A DNA stretch of 64,000 nucleotides from Camelus dromedarius (lineage: Eukaryota), in contig NC_087436.1 in assembly GCF_036321535.1 (NCBI RefSeq), positions 39,682,001-39,746,000 on the forward strand, given 5' to 3'. Every line of letters begins with the position of its first letter. Positions within the stretch are counted from its first letter, which is position 1. This document shows positions 1-11,977 of the stretch, piece after piece. A model generated the notes under the pieces. It searched no databases, was not told the origin of the DNA, and saw only the letters and a program-made list of their open reading frames with translations. Both the position numbers and the translations under genes were made by a program.

Positions 1-650
1 GCGGGCGTCCCCGGGACCCTCCCTCCCGGGTCCTCGGCCTCCGCTGCGGCTCTCGGGGACAATGCGGTGCCAGGAGCCGGGCGGGAACGACGCGCGGGCG
101 GCCGGTCCCCGCGGACGCGGCGGGTGGGCGCCTCGGCCGGTCCGGGAGCGCGGGCGGCGCCGGGCGGGAGCGGCTGCGGGGAGAGCGCGGCGGGCGCGCC
201 GGGGACTCGTGCGCTCGCTCCGACGCGCTCCGCGGCCCCAGGACCCGCCCGGCCGCGCCGCCGCCGCCCTCACGCCGCCTCCCCGATCCCGGCCCGCGCG
301 CGCCCGCCCGCCGGGGGAAGGGGAGGGGGCGGGAGCCAGGGACTGGAGGTGCCTTCATCCGCCCGCCTCGCACTCGGGTCGGCCCCGCGGGTCTGGCCCG
401 CCTGGGCTTCGGCTTGGGGAACCCAGGGGTCCCGCCCCAGTCGGCCGGTTCCGACGGCCACTGCGGGCAGGTTGGTGGCGGCCGTGAAGGATGAGACGGG
501 TTGCGCCGTATGGGAAGTGGGTGCGGGTCCTTAGGCGGCGCCGGGAAGGTGGGGCGCACCCACATCGTCCCCTCTGGTCGCGCTCCTGCGGGTGACGCTT
601 GACCTGGTAGTGAGCTGCGGGCGTCTTGGAGGTTGTAAGCCGGGAGGTGC
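1..650. promoter_or_regulatory. CpG island, probable promoter/5'UTR of a gene that likely runs leftwards out of the window
   Basis: Very GC- and CpG-rich, with GC-box-like motifs (e.g. ggggcggga ~326-334) and an abrupt drop to AT-rich DNA after ~700. No plus-strand coding exons follow, so a minus-strand orientation is inferred only. Gene not identified. Confidence 0.85.
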
Positions 651-892
651 CTCTGTTTGCTGGCTTTCTAAAGGCCATCTGCTCCAGCTCCTGAGGACAA
701 GTGGAAGGCTAGCAACTGGAGGGACATTTTGGATACAAGGTGTAAGGTTACGCTCTTCAAAACTACAAGTTAATTAGGAGCCTCAATCGAAAGACCCCCC
801 CCCCCCCCCTTTTAATTATCATTTTGATCCACTGACATAGCATATGTAAAAGTTTCAAATGTGGACAGGGGGTGGGTCTACTAACGATAACT

Positions 893-1443
893 TGTAGTGG
901 GTATTTGTGGCTTTGCTTCCCAGCTCCTCATTCCTCTTCATGTAAACGATACTCTTTCTGGAGTCTCGAGCCAGCCAATTTACTTCAGGTGATGTCAACC
1001 ACTGCTCTTACTCACTGGGTGACCCCCAACTCAGGTCTGGCCATTGGAGGCATTATGTCTTCCTGGTAGCTAGGACTGATTTACAGAGAAATGTGTGACC
1101 CCAAGTCTAGACAATCAGAGACAAAAAAGTACTGTTTTGGGGACTTTTTTTTGGCGCCCCCTTAAGGACGTGGACTCTCTTCTATGGGACTTTGCAGAAT
1201 GAGATGTAATCTTCGTGTCACCAAGTGAAGTCTGGGAATGAAGCTACTACTCCCAGGTAGGCATACGAGAGTTGCGGAAAAGCTACACACAGGTAGGGAT
1301 ATTTGAGCTCTGAATCCAGCAGTGGCCGAAACAAGGTCTTCACTCTGGATATTTTCAAATATGAATCAACAAAGTCAGTTTTATCTTGAGGCAGCTGAGT
1401 TAAAATTTCTGCCTGTTGGAATTGAAAGAGACCCAAATGATAC
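893..1443 (+). mobile_element. Old MaLR LTR (MLT1J/K-like)
   Basis: tgtagtgg...gataca ends and an MLT1-type 3' part (gaatccagc...aaatttctg...gaaagag). Confidence 0.55.
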
Positions 1444-1843
1444 AGAAATTAAATATTTTGGTTGTTTATTAATTTCATGGAGGTGTTTGGATACTATATA
1501 CAAGAGCTTCGATTAGATCCTAATGCTTGAATTAACGTGGAATTTTAAAAAGCTCAAAAGTTGTATATTCTCTTTGCTCTACATGATAAAAGAGTTAAGA
1601 AAGTAACTGAATCAATTACTCCTTCTGGAAGCCTATGGAAGTGTCAAGATGGTAGGATTCTTTTGCCAGGTGACATGTATTAGATTGGTTTTATTTATTT
1701 ATATTTTTATTTTTTTGTGGTTCCTCCAGGAGTCTTGTGCCTTTCAGGAATTTTAAGAACCTACATTTATTATTTTTTTATACTTCTTTTCCAGAGAACC
1801 TGCTTTGTCATTCAAGCACCTTTACATTCATCATTCCAGTTTC

Positions 1844-1909
1844 AAAAAAAAAAAAAAAAAAAAAAAGAAAGAAAGAAAGAAAGAAAAGGAAAAAAAAAAA
1901 AGAAGAAAA
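1844..1909 (+). repeat. poly(A)/(GAAA)n tract
   Basis: Directly visible. Confidence 0.95.
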
Positions 1910-2827
1910 GTAATTGAACATCTACTTAATAGCCCTGGGAGTACAATAATATTTTAAAAAGAACATAAAAGCAGGAAACTTCCTTGCCCTTTAGTTACTT
2001 ACTATATATTCATATAAGGGTAGGTGAGGTCAGGGCCTTCTACAGGATTTCAGGAAATAGAAAAGATTCATGAGTTGATATATTCTTGAATATTTCTAGG
2101 TATATAGGTAGGTTCAGAAATTGCACACACTTTTTCTTCTTTCTTTTTCTGTCTTCCCTGCACAAAAACAGACAGAAAAACAGAAAACTTCTTATACGAA
2201 ACGAGGTATTTAGTATTTTTTATGACTATATTTTGGGGTATTCTTCAGCTAGGTTTGACTAGAGGCACAGATTTCCTGATGCTTTGTGGAGAATTTCCAC
2301 CTTCACCAGTGACTGCTACTTCTAACCATCTCTCCGAAAGTACAGACACTTTAGGGTTCTGCTGTTTTTTCCTATGAGATAGTCAAATCTTGTAGCTCTG
2401 TTCCACAAGTTTCCATCCGTGCACATGTGAAGTTGAAGACAGCTGAAGCAAGTTGGTATACCACCTGTATTTCCTTCCTGTTTACTTGCCCAGCAGAATG
2501 TAAAGAGTCAACCATTGGCCCCTGTACACCTGTCTTCTAATTCAGGAATATTAAGGTCAGGAATAATTTTTCCTCCCCTGAAAATTCCAATTTATGGAAC
2601 ACTCATTATAAACAACAAAGGACCTGTGGCAGTGGTCAAGGCAGAGGTAGAGAAGGTGATCTGGCCCAGTGCCTCACATTTGCAAAGTACCTCAAGTTTA
2701 GCATAATCTACAAATGAGCTTATATGATATTTTTTAATGTGATAAATGTGTTAGGTTTAGTTTAGACTTAATGGGATATACCACAGTTTTTGTATCTAAC
2801 TTTGGCATATCTACTATTACTATTTAC

Positions 2828-2962
2828 ATAAACACTGGGGACCTCAAAAAATGGAAGAAGTTCAGGCTTCTGTCAACCTCTGAGAAGCCCTAAGACAATA
2901 TTGAATATATTTATCAGAGACCCAGCTTCAGATCCAAAAGGAAGGGTCTGCAAATTAAATAC
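2828..2962 (-). pseudogene. Pseudo-exon (135 nt): YLICRPFLLDLKLGL**IYSILS*GFSEVDRSLNFFHFLRSPVF
   Basis: Acceptor ctttttctcttcttaatggtttccacag, donor AT|gtaaat. LNFFHFLRSPVF resembles the RGS helix 8-9 end (SYPRFLKS-type). Confidence 0.55.
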
Positions 2963-3039
2963 CTGTGGAAACCATTAAGAAGAGAAAAAGAACAAAACTA
3001 TGCACTTTTGTATATTAAAATATTCAGTCCTTATATTTA

Positions 3040-3674
3040 GTGACTCCGAAATAAGGCATTGAATGATGGAGATTTAACAATTTATATTTCATATAGGTTA
3101 AACATCATTTCTATATTTTGATAGATCTTTGTCCTTCATTTAAATACTTCTATGTGGAGATGATGATTATGAAAGAATTTGGGGAAATTCATTTCAATCT
3201 TCAGTCTTCTATTTTTCAGTGTCTCAATCAAAGCAATATATTTTTCTAACAAATTAAAAAAATGCAAGTGTTAATAAAGAACAAATAAGCATTTCTCACC
3301 TCAAATAGCTAGTAAGTGTAAGTACTACTTTTCCTGAAAAATATTCAGCTTGGGTTTATAGTAATTAATGACACTTAAGCTGCTGAAAGGAAATGGGATG
3401 AAGATTTAAAAGAAAACATATTCTAGCTAAGAACTGCTAACTCAGCTCAAGGAAATGTACCCCAACTTTCTTTAGTGTCTCAAGAGATGTTAAGTGAAGA
3501 TAGATCAAAACGGAAAATCTCGACAAAGTGATTGGTTAGGAGGAGGGAAAATGGAAGTGGTATCCGGCTTCTCAAAAGCCCCAGAGAGATGTTTTACCCG
3601 CCTCTAAGACTTCTTGCAAACATGCCTGTGACAAGTGTATGAGGTTGAATGAGTAGTATGAGAATACTGCGTGT
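3040..3674 (-). pseudogene. Pseudo-exon region with RGS-like motifs SLCRDFPF*SIFT*HLL, VHFLELS*QF and KIEMNFPKFF
   Basis: Motifs at 3481-3531, 3431-3460 and 3172-3201. Frameshifts are needed between them and the internal boundaries are uncertain. Confidence 0.45.
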
Positions 3675-3721
3675 CTTATTTTATAAAATGTCAACTTGAG
3701 GAGTAATAGACTAGATTAAAG

Positions 3722-3899
3722 CAGTGGTTCTCAAACTTTAGCATGCATCTGGAAGGCTTATTAAATCACATGTTGCTGGACCCCACCCATAGAGTTTCTG
3801 ATTCACTAGGAGTTGGGTGGGACCTGAGAATTTGCATTTTTCACAAGTTCCCAGGTGAAGCCAATGCTGCTTATCTGAGGCTACACTTTAAGATCCCTT
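3722..3899. mobile_element. MER5A-like hAT-Charlie MITE
   Basis: cagtggttctcaaactt...gagtttctgattca...gagaatttgcattt...caagttcccaggtga signature. Confidence 0.85.
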
Positions 3900-4410
3900 G
3901 GATTAGAGCATTATTGAGAACAGATTGTGTCTTTCTGTGGGTCTATAAGTATGAACATTTATTATTATATAAATTATTTGGTTTTCAAAACTAATTCTCT
4001 TTTTTAATGTTAGCCATAATAAATACACAACAAAGTTAGGATTTTAATTGGCTTTCTATATAGTCAGTTAGGTAAACTATCAAAGAAAAGAAAATGGCTT
4101 GTTAAAAAAATGTAGGGCCTTTGGCATAGTAAAAAGTAGCAAGATTTGGAAACAAGAGAACAGATACTGCGTTCTTACCTCCTCGAGGGCTGCCTCCCTC
4201 ACTGGTTCGCTTTATGTCTTCCATCCAGGTTCAGGGCTTTGCACAAGAGTGGTCATTTAAAACACAGGAAAGAAGAGAAAGAAATTATTTTCTTAGATAA
4301 TAGGTAATGTTTTATGCTGTCCCTGATAAAGGAAATCACCTTATTATATCCTGTGATTAAAAACTGTTTTTATTCCTAAGCCAAAAAATACCTCTACATG
4401 TTATTTTCTG

Positions 4411-5014
4411 TCATTTCTGTTTAATTTTCAAATGCTTTGTCCTCAAAAATAGCTTTTTCCCTAACGTGCAACTAGGTTGAGTTCTGTGCTGATCATAATG
4501 GATGTGGTTAATTACAAGCCTTGGGTGACGACTATTTGGCAGTATAAACATACTCATATCTATAGGTTTAGCATAAGCTGTTGAAATAACTGTTGTTTTG
4601 TTCCATTTTAATGGGGGAATACAAGTAATCAGCAGATTGTAGAACATACTGTGTGAGTCTTCAAAGCTATCTCTTAATATTCAGGCAGGACCAAACATCA
4701 TTAAGGTGTTTCTTTGATCTAGCTTGCAACATTAAAACATCATTTTATAGCTTGGCCTCATGCCATGTAGTACAAGAGAGATTCATTGTGAGAGTAAAAT
4801 GGATGATTTCTGTTTCAATTTGTGTGAAAACAGGCTTCATAAAAAGACCCCAGAATACTTTCCCTACCACCTTAGTATGATGTTTCTCCGTTATATCTGA
4901 TGCTTCGATTTCAAGAGGTTGAAGAAAATAATAAATATTCAAGAAGTAGGAGTTGTATGAATTAATTTTGTTTTGCTGCTTGGAAGGTATGTCTTTGAAA
5001 TAGTGATATGAGAA
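4411..5014 (-). pseudogene. Large pseudo-exon encoding a near-complete RGS-like domain (FSYHYFKD...NIYYFLQPLEIE...KVVGKVFWGLFMK...LMLQARSKKHLNDVW/LPEY)
   Basis: Acceptor ttccctttttcctaacaag (AG at 5015-5016). 89 open codons to TAA at 4745-4747, the same frame continues to W at 4691-4693, then a frameshift gives LPEY. The 3' end is uncertain. Confidence 0.65.
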
Positions 5015-5357
5015 CTTGTTAGGAAAAAGGGAAATAGCAGAGAAAATTGAGGTGCCCTATACATGATGGATTGACAAATCCAATATTCTTAGGCTCGAGG
5101 CTTTTGGACTGAATTCTCCGCCAAACATTTGAATTAGAGAACTGTGAGTATAAAAAATGAAAATTTAATTGGGAAAGGGAAAATCTATGCATATGGTTTT
5201 TCTTCCTCAGACATGAGCAAGTACCCTCAGTAGTAATAGAAGAAATAGAAAATGGAAACTCAGCTCACTTGGCATTACATCTAAGTGCTTCTCAGCACCT
5301 TCTGCATTCTGAGAGAAAAGGTAGCAGATGCTCTCATTCATTTTTCTTAAAACTCAC

Positions 5358-5880
5358 ACTTGAAATCAAACACTTACACTTAAATGAAATGAAACTACTG
5401 AAACTTAATGGTTAAACCCAAAGTATTTTCCTCCAAATTCTCATTTTAATTGTTGGGAATCCATGATCATTTTATTTTCCCTCCACAGGATACAGCTCAG
5501 CCCTCTAGAAAAGATAAATAAGTATTGATTGGACAAATGAATCCAAATCTTAAAATGTTCTTTTCCTTAAGCCCTTTATGTAAAATACATTTAAGAATTA
5601 ATCTTTGAAAGATTCCATTAGCGGCTTGTGCCTGTAGTTTTATATATAAGTTATACAGTTAGAACTTAATTCTCTTGTTGATCAGGGCAGGGAATCAGGT
5701 TAATGGATACCCTCTAAAGTTCTAAAACTTAGCCTTGTAATAGCCTTGTGTTTACAGCAAAAGAAAAAGTTTAAAATCAGGTTAAAGGGCTTGTGGTGGT
5801 AACAGAAGTATTTTTTATTCAAGCCTGACTACTCTGGGAGCAACAGCTTTCTGGCTCTTGTGAAAAATCTTAACTGTAGC
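5358..5880 (-). pseudogene. Pseudo-exon(s): 5358-5504 (147 nt, phase 0-0) plus an upstream segment reading DFKLFLL...LYNLYIKLQA
   Basis: Acceptor tatcttttctag at 5505-5506. Donor AGT|gtgagt at 5356-5357 is phase 0, matching the exon starting at 5014. Several stops. Confidence 0.45.
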
Positions 5881-6303
5881 TAAATATAGAAAACTGTTAC
5901 TTTTCAGCATAGGATAGAATTTAAACCAAATGAAGCCAGAACCATGTCAATTTAAGTTATATTATTTTACAAATAATAAACTATGTATTAGCTTTCCTTG
6001 AAGTCAGTCTTGGTTATTTTATATACATAATCCGTCTGTGTCAGTTTTGTATAGCACCTTTGCCTAAAACCTTAACCGTTTTGACGAATAGTAATGATAG
6101 AAGCTCTACACAATAATAGCAACAGGGATGGCAATGAGAGAGAAAACACAATTAGCACTTGTCACATGTCAGAGCTTTGTATATGCTGTGTTATGTAATC
6201 CATGTGAAAGCTCGACGAATTTTAATGTAATTGTGTAATTGTAATGTAATGTATGTAATTGTGTAGAAGTAGAAAACCAAGAAGTAATGTTCTGAAGTCT
6301 AAG

Positions 6304-6859
6304 TGTTAGGTAGTTAGATAAGTGGGAGCACTGGGCAGATAAGGTGGAGGGGAGGAAGGATGGTCTGGAAGATGGTGGTGTGCCTGCCTTCAGCATAAAG
6401 ATGCTTTATTTCCTCTAAATGAGTGCCAGCAAAAAACCAGTTAGAACCCAAAGGCTGCAACTGGGCTGTAGCAACAAGGACCTAACTGGATATGATCCAA
6501 TGCTCATTGTAATATAATTAGCATTGGGGTTCAGGTCCTCCCCCTCCCCTGTGGGTTTTTCCGTGTGCATCGTGAGTAAGGACATGCACAAAAGGGGATG
6601 AGCATGACTAAGCACTCCAGGGTCAAGAGCCGTCAATCAATCAAGAGACCACTTGTAAACCAGGGTCTAAGAGAAAGGGCAAAGACCACTGCTATCCTCC
6701 CTTGGATCAGCTGGCTTCCCGTTCTTGTAGGTGAACTTTCCCTTTGCTAAGTAAAACCTTTAAAATTCATCGCTACACAGTGCTTTTGTCTCCCATCTGA
6801 ATTTTCTTTCGGGTAAGACAAGAACTGGCATCTTTTCCCCTTCTCATTTTGGGGTAACA
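6304..6859 (+). mobile_element. Solo ERV LTR inserted into a MIR remnant
   Basis: TGTTA...TAACA termini, agtaaa poly(A)-like signal near 6750, U5-like gaatttctttc...gacaagaac, imperfect taag/taaa flanks. Confidence 0.7.
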
Positions 6860-7329
6860 TAAACATACTGATGATGACCTTTGAGGTTGGGTATGGGATG
6901 GGGAAGAGAGAAAAAAGAAAAAAAGACTGACAGAAATTTAATTCCGAAACTCAGGCTCATTTCATTATATTGTGATGCTTTCTCAATGGGTTGGTTATAT
7001 TTAAACCATCAAATATGCATGGGGTATCTATACGTATGTATATAATGTGCTGCAGAAATACAGTGCTGAGCTAGAAAGACTACAGCAGCCCCTGACCTCC
7101 TGATTTTCACATTGTCATTACACTGCTAAATTCACAACTTAATTACAACACCGCTTGTAATTACCATGTACTGTTGTTAAGTGCTGCAGTGAAAACATAA
7201 GGGGTAATGAGAGTGAGAAAGGCAACCTGACCTAGTCTGGGAGGGGTGAGGGTGGTTAAGGGGTCAGAGAAGCTTACCAATGGGACTGAATTTCAGTGAA
7301 TCATGATACCAAGCCTAATTTCATTCTTT

Positions 7330-7813
7330 CCCTTTGCAGGAAAAACCACAGAGGGACCAGGGTAATAGAGAGTAGAAGTGAAGGGTGAAAAGTTTATATG
7401 AAAGAGTTTAATTTCAATAGTCCAGCAATAACCTGTTTTGGAAAGGTCTCACTGCTTGCAACCACCTGACCCCACTTGTTATCTGAAGGATTGGATTGAT
7501 TCTGTAACTAACATATATGTTTTTTACTTAAGCTTTTTTCTTCATGGTCACGTATTCAAATGTTAAAGCTCTTTCGATGTGCAGCACCCTTTAGTAACCT
7601 ACTGTCCCTGCCTCTGACCTGCCTTCTCTTCCTGTCCTTCTCTCCTTTTCATCAGTCCTTTTGGTTGGGGTGAGGTCAGACACAGCAAACAGAGGGATCA
7701 GACAAAAGTCCATCAATTGCCTGGATACTTCTACACTTCTGGAGCTTGCCCAACATCTAGTATTTGTTCAACTGCATAATATACTCACATTTTTCAATAA
7801 AATTGATTTCTTG
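7330..7813 (-). pseudogene. Pseudo-exon: QEINFIEKCEYIMQLNKY*...LLSDPSV...NQSNPSDNKWGQVV
   Basis: One frame reads for >400 nt with scattered stops. QEINFIEKCEY (7781-7813) resembles RGS helix 4 (ENIEFWLACEEY). It abuts a MIR at ~7815. Confidence 0.45.
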
Positions 7814-7814
7814 A

Positions 7815-7990
7815 CAGTATAGTGTAGTATAATCTGTGTAGAGGTATACAACCTTGCCACCGGCTCAGGCTGTGCCATTTGCCAATTACTTAACTTTGGG
7901 CTAATCCCTCAACTTGCCCTGGTAAATAGAGTAATGGATACTCACTGAGCGAATTGAGAATGAAATGAAATATGTGAGAAAGTGCTATGA
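7815..7990 (+). mobile_element. MIR SINE (degraded)
   Basis: tgccattt...taactttgggc...ttgagaatgaaatgaaatatgtgagaaagtgct, a MIR core/3' pattern. Confidence 0.6.
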
Positions 7991-8329
7991 AATTTTCTAA
8001 GGGTTATATACAGACTTTTTCTAAAAACAGGGTTATCAGATTGATCACGTTTATAGGAATAAAAAAATAGAAGACTGGATTGAATTGATTTACCTGAGAC
8101 TTAACTTTCAGTGTGCAAGTGAAATGTATATGGTTTTCTTTTCAAACACTTCTCTTCTTCTGAGAGAGTTTAATTTCTATTCTTCTACTAATCAAACTAC
8201 AACTCATAGTAAATTTAGTAGATGTAATCAGAGAACATCATTTGGCCACCTCCTAATCTGTGCCAGTTGCCCCATCTCACTGAATTGCTGTAAAAGTTCT
8301 GATGAAAGGTCTCTGATTGGAAGGCAGTC

Positions 8330-9290
8330 TGTTAGTTGTCTCCCAATATTCAGTCTCTTCTTCCACAAAAATAGCACTTGTATCAGGACATATGGCTACT
8401 CAGAAAAAAGGTTGCATTTTCCAACCAGGTGTGGCTCAGTTCTAGCCAATGGGATACAACGGGAAAGATTATGTGATTGTTTCTGGGAAACTTTCTGTGG
8501 TGGACGGACACTAGAGAAGCCCTCATTATCTCTGTCTTCTGGTATTCAGGCCCTTGTATAACCCTCTCCATTGAATGTGGATAGGATCAGTGACTTGTTT
8601 CTAACCAATAAAATATGGCAAAGGTGAGGGCATGTCACTCCTATGGTTAGGCTGCGTTACATAGGACTCCATCTTGCCAGTAGACTAACTCTAGAGGCTC
8701 TCCTTCTCAGCTTGATGAAGTAAGTGGCCACAGTGGGGAAGCCCATGGGTCAAAGAATTTCAGGAGTCCTCAAGAAAATGTGGGAGGCCTCTAGGAACTT
8801 TGGGCAGCCTCTAGGAACTCAGGCCTCCAGGTGCTGAGGGCAGCCTCCACGCAATAGCCAGGACCCTCAGTCTTACAAACACAGGAAGCATATTCTGCTA
8901 ACAATCTGGATCATCTTGGAAGTAGATTCTTGCCTAGTCGAGCTCCCAGATGAGAATGCAACCTGGCCAATCATCATGAAACCCTAAGCAAAGGAACTAC
9001 CTAAGCTGTATCTGTATTCCTGACCCATGGAAACTGCAAGATAATACATACCTGTTGTTTAGGTTGCTAAGTTTGTAGTAATTTGTTGTGTGGAATAGAT
9101 AACTAATACACACCTTCAGAGACAGCTGACATAACCCTTTGCCCTCTTTTTCATTTTCATGTATTCTTCCATCCTGTTGCCTTAAACTCAGCTATAACTT
9201 TATTGATCCAAGAGGTTAAGGGCCACATTTTGGGATGGGGGTGCCTTGAGCTACAAGACATCTAGGTTCCTGAGGGGGAAGGGGATTCAT
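8330..9290 (+). mobile_element. Nested MaLR LTRs: MLT1E/F-like (~8496-9108) inside an older MLT1 element
   Basis: Inner tgtggtgg...gtgacttgtttctaaccaataaaatatggcaaaggtga...agataactaataca. Both flanks are MLT1-like. Confidence 0.7.
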
Positions 9291-11031
9291 GTGAGTATAA
9301 CCATTTATCTTGTATGAGGCATTACCTTGCCTTTTCTACTTCTTTTTCTATTATTCGATGTTGAACTATTCCAAATAATATAGTAAGTATTATTAACTGG
9401 ACTTTGTTTCATTTTACTGTGTACTACAATAAGAATTCATGTTTATTATAGGAAATTTGGAAAGTACAAAGTATACAAAACAAGGAAATGATCACTTGTT
9501 ACTTTTCACTTAGGGACCCACCATTAACATTTGGTGGATTTCTCTTTAGTATTTTGATGTAACTGTTGGAAAAAGAAGACTTATATAGCAAATATTTGTG
9601 ACATTTAAATGTCATGACTTCTCTGTCATTAAGATAAAGTTTATTGAAATTACTTTAAAACATCTGTTAGCAATGTGAATAATTTAATCAAACAAGCATT
9701 TGGCAAAAAAAGAGACAAAACGTCCTATCTGGTTTTTTTTTCTTTTTATTAAATTTAGGCTTTTTTTTTTTAAGTTAATTTAGGCCATTTATTTTTGTGT
9801 TCAGAAATGTGACCTCAATAGCTAAACAGATAAGTCAGATTCCCAACCCCTGGCTATTGATGTAGATGTCTATTTTGGGTTCCTAAAATATCTAGATACT
9901 TTGCATTCACTGATGAATCTCAGAGTATTGTTTAACTTTGTACAGATATGAGCTGTGATTTTGCTAATATTTTCACATGCTAGTTAAAAATTTGTATGAA
10001 CCTAAACTTACTATTCTTTATAGCCTTTTAAAAGTTCAAGACATGCTAATCTTAGTTTGAGAGTTTTCTTTAAAAAATTTTCAAGTCCAAGGTACTTAGT
10101 AGGTATTGTTCCTCTACATAATGAAGCCATTATGTCTATACAAACATGTCTCCCAAATCACCCCTTAGCTCCAGGCATACTGATCTACCCCAAATAAGCT
10201 TTTTAAAGTCCCCTCCTCCACACCTTTACTCAGCTCTCCAGGTTATAATGTTCTCACTTCCTCTGTACTTACCTAAGTGGACCCTTCCTTCAAATTCACT
10301 TGAACTCCTAGCTTCTTCACAGAATCTATATTGGATTAGGTCAGATCTCTGTGATTTCTCATTCTCCACCGCCAACCCAGATTATTTCCTCTCTACACTA
10401 CCCAGATGACATTAAGAACCTACTGCTTTCTTATAATAAGACTTTCTTATCCCCACCTCTCTTCTGCTGGTATGCACAGAGTAGAGATTTGCTAGCCTTT
10501 TTGTTGGACAGTTAATTGATAAATATAGCCCAAGGCTCTATTAATGACTGTATTTTCCACTTATTAAAATAAATATGATCATTTTCAATGAAAAGCCTAT
10601 AAATTTATTTCATGCACGGGGAAAGATTTAAGGAGAATATATAAAGGAAATATAAGGCTGCAGTTTGGATTCTGTGACCTTATCTTCTGAACTAAAGTCA
10701 TGTTAAAGAAATAGGATTCGTCACTGTATTTCGTGTGCATTGTCCTGATGGAGGCAAACCTGTCCATGTAATCTTACTGTATTTCCTTTGGAAATGAGGA
10801 AAACTGAATAAAATGATGTGAGGAGTACAAAATGACATTTTTCAAAAACTCTCTGATTCCAGGCAAACATGTCAATTAGCACTTGGAGGCTTTCCTATTT
10901 AATAGTACTTCACAGAAAACAGATGACCAAATTGAGATGCTCCTCTTCTGAAATCCTCCCAGGGTGTGTAGCTGCGTCTTTATACTATAAGGCCACAGAA
11001 GCACTGATGGCAGGATCCCACGGTGCACATT

Positions 11032-11977
11032 CAGGCAAACCTTGTTTGATTGTGCTTCCTATTATTGTCCTTCACAGATACTGCATTTTTTTGCAAACTG
11101 AAGGTTTGTGACAGCCCTGCATGGAGCAACACTATTGGCGCCATTTTCCCAACAGCATTTGCTCACTTCTTTCTCTGTGTCACATTTTGGTAGTTCCTGC
11201 AATATTTTAAGCCTTCCACCAGCAAAATTATTATGACTTGCTGAAGGCTCAGATGATGGTTAACACTTTTTAGTGTGAAAGTATTTTTTAATTAAGGGAA
11301 GCATGTTGGTTTTTCAGACATAATGCTATTGCACACTGCCAACTAAAAATTGGCACTTGCCATCTGCCTCTATAAGGATTAAATCACAGGCTGCTGCAGC
11401 TACTGACCTGCAACACACCCTGAAAGGTGTTCAGGGTGGAGTCAAGAATGAGACACACTGTGCTCTGGGAAAAACTGGCAAAATATTTTCAGATTTTATG
11501 AGCCCAAATCCTTGCATCTCATATCTAAAAAAGCACTAAAATTGTTAATGGAGCCATCTGCTCCTCATGATTAGTAGTAACCCTCATGAGACTACCAGCA
11601 CCTTCTGCAAAAATGTGTGTTTGATTGAAAATATCCCCCTCCACCAAAATCACACGTATACTGACCTTCCCTGCCACCTCTTCGGAGCAGTTCCTTAGAG
11701 CTATCTGAGAGGCTGTCTCCTGGGCTATAGTCCTCATTTTGCCCCAGATAAATCTTAACTCACTACTCTCACACTGTGGTTTTTTTTTTGTTTGTTTGTT
11801 TTTTTTTGTTTTTTTGTTTTTTTTTAGTTGATAGCACTTAACAGACTACAATTTAGTGTGAGCATAACTTTTATATGCACTGGGAGACCAAAACATTCAT
11901 GTGACTTGCTTTATTGCGATATTTGCTTAATTGTGATGGTCTGGAACTGAATCCACAGTATCTCTGAGGGATGCCTG
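11032..11977 (+). mobile_element. Internally deleted Tigger1 derivative, interrupted by an LTR
   Basis: Tigger1 left end caggcaaaccttg...cagatactgc and right end ...tatctctgagggatgcctg|ta. Confidence 0.85.
11337..11833 (+). mobile_element. Solo ERV1 LTR (MER41-like) inside the Tigger1 element
   Basis: tgccaact...agttgata inverted termini, acac/gcac flanks, and the Tigger sequence resumes on both sides. Confidence 0.75.

Noticed and set aside
62..678. GC-rich ORFs of 63-155 aa in the CpG island
   Set aside because: Arg/Gly/Pro/Ala-rich translations are expected from stop-poor GC DNA, and no protein is recognisable.
8085..8561. 158-aa plus-strand ORF
   Set aside because: It starts at TTG and runs into MLT1 LTR sequence. 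Its first half is antisense to a candidate pseudo-exon.
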